DNA of 64,000 nucleotides from Thermodesulfovibrionales bacterium (GTDB lineage Bacteria; Nitrospirota; Thermodesulfovibrionia; Thermodesulfovibrionales; UBA9159): NCBI GenBank assembly GCA_035686305.1, contig DASRZP010000052.1, positions 9,723 to 73,722 of the forward strand, read 5' to 3'. Shown piece by piece: positions 63,376 to 64,000 of this stretch (position 1 is its first letter; each line of letters starts with the position of its first letter). The notes under the pieces were generated by a model. It saw only the letters and a program-made list of their open reading frames with translations, ran no database searches and was not told where the DNA came from. The position numbers and the translations under genes were made by a program.

Positions 63376-64000
63376 ATGCTCAGACTCGAAGATATCCATG
63401 TCTCCTACGGCCATGCTGAAGCCCTGAGGGGGATTCATTTGGAGGTTCAGAAGGGAGAGGTGGTATGTCTCATCGGGAACAATGGCGCAGGAAAATCGAC
63501 GACACTCATGACCATATCCGGCATCCTTAAACCAGGGGAAGGAAGGGTCCTCTTCGAGGACAGGGTGATAAACGATCTCAGGCCCGATGAGAGGGTCAAG
63601 TTAGGGATCAGTCAGGTCCCTGAGGGACGGAGGATATTCCCCAGACTGACGGTAAGAGAGAATCTCGAGATGGGTGCATTTCTGAATACCGGTCGTCTGA
63701 GGGACAACCTCGCAAGGGTCTTTACCATCTTCCCTGTTCTCAGGGAGAGAGAAAAACAAGCCGGTGGAACGCTGAGCGGAGGCGAGCAGCAGATGCTTGC
63801 CATCGGAAGGGCGCTCATGTCGGATCCGAAGATGCTCCTCCTCGATGAGCCGTCATTGGGCCTCGCCCCGATTATCGTGAGTAAGATTTTCAAGATCATC
63901 AGGGAGATATGCAATGAGGGAATGACGGTCCTCCTTGTCGAGCAGAACGCCCATACAGCCCTTGACCTCTCGAAGAGGGGCTATGTCATCGAGAACGGAA
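63376..64000 (+). CDS. livF: Branched-chain amino-acid ABC transporter ATP-binding protein LivF (partial, runs off the window end)
   Basis: Translated by hand: MLRLEDIHVSYGHAEALRGIHLEVQKGEVVCLIGNNGAGKSTTL...LSGGEQQMLAIGRAL...LLLDEPSLGLAP. The ORF track omits it because no stop lies within the window. Confidence 0.9.
   Translation, partial: MLRLEDIHVSYGHAEALRGIHLEVQKGEVVCLIGNNGAGKSTTLMTISGILKPGEGRVLFEDRVINDLRPDERVKLGISQVPEGRRIFPRLTVRENLEMGAFLNTGRLRDNLARVFTIFPVLREREKQAGGTLSGGEQQMLAIGRALMSDPKMLLLDEPSLGLAPIIVSKIFKIIREICNEGMTVLLVEQNAHTALDLSKRGYVIENG

Noticed and set aside
1-64000. Search for rRNA, tRNA, CRISPR arrays, transposases, integrases, and toxin-antitoxin or known defence-system genes.
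   Set aside because: I recognised none by eye. The only repeat family found is the 23-nt hairpin motif (four copies). Intergenic regions are short apart from those discussed.

Overview
This is a 64-kb bacterial chromosomal window from a diderm organism, judged by the PilQ secretin and multiple lipoboxes. I cannot assign a taxon from sequence alone. It has two parts.

(A) 1-29,000 is accessory-looking. A co-directional block at 476-26,339 encodes four exported proteins:
- a transglutaminase-fold protein;
- a small CarboxypepD_reg-like lipoprotein;
- a Zn-phospholipase C/P1-nuclease-fold protein;
- a single uninterrupted 19.3-kb ORF (6,426 aa). It is a mosaic of an HExxH domain, a terpenoid-cyclase-like toroid, CARDB/FlgD-Ig/FN3/Ig modules, two beta-propellers, a discoidin domain, a GH-like TIM barrel and a Gly/Ser-rich C-terminal module ending in HYDESL.

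This block ends 183 nt from the end of a convergent three-gene type IV pilin operon. Two of those pilins are tandem paralogues with EF-hand-like loops. The operon has a good -24/-12 sigma-54 promoter match and an upstream cluster of TGTC cores. Next comes a small GIY-YIG gene bounded by inverted copies of a 23-nt hairpin motif. A gene-less pair of the same motif recurs at 46.6 kb.

(B) 29,000-64,000 is mostly conserved housekeeping:
- radical SAM, tig-clpP-clpX, dciA-like/rpmB;
- infB-rbfA-nrnA-like-truB;
- pilMNOPQ plus two lipoprotein genes;
- yicC-remA-gmk-rpoZ-coaBC;
- a TPR protein plus a Roadblock/LC7 protein;
- aroQ-pepP-efp-accB-accC-thiE;
- a PilZ-like/REC protein;
- a liv-type branched-chain amino-acid ABC operon interrupted by a GAF-GGDEF diguanylate cyclase.

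I did not recognise any rRNA, tRNA or CRISPR array. All domain calls come from motif recognition by eye, and no searches were run. The best candidate for something undescribed is the exported-enzyme/giant-protein block together with the pilin operon.
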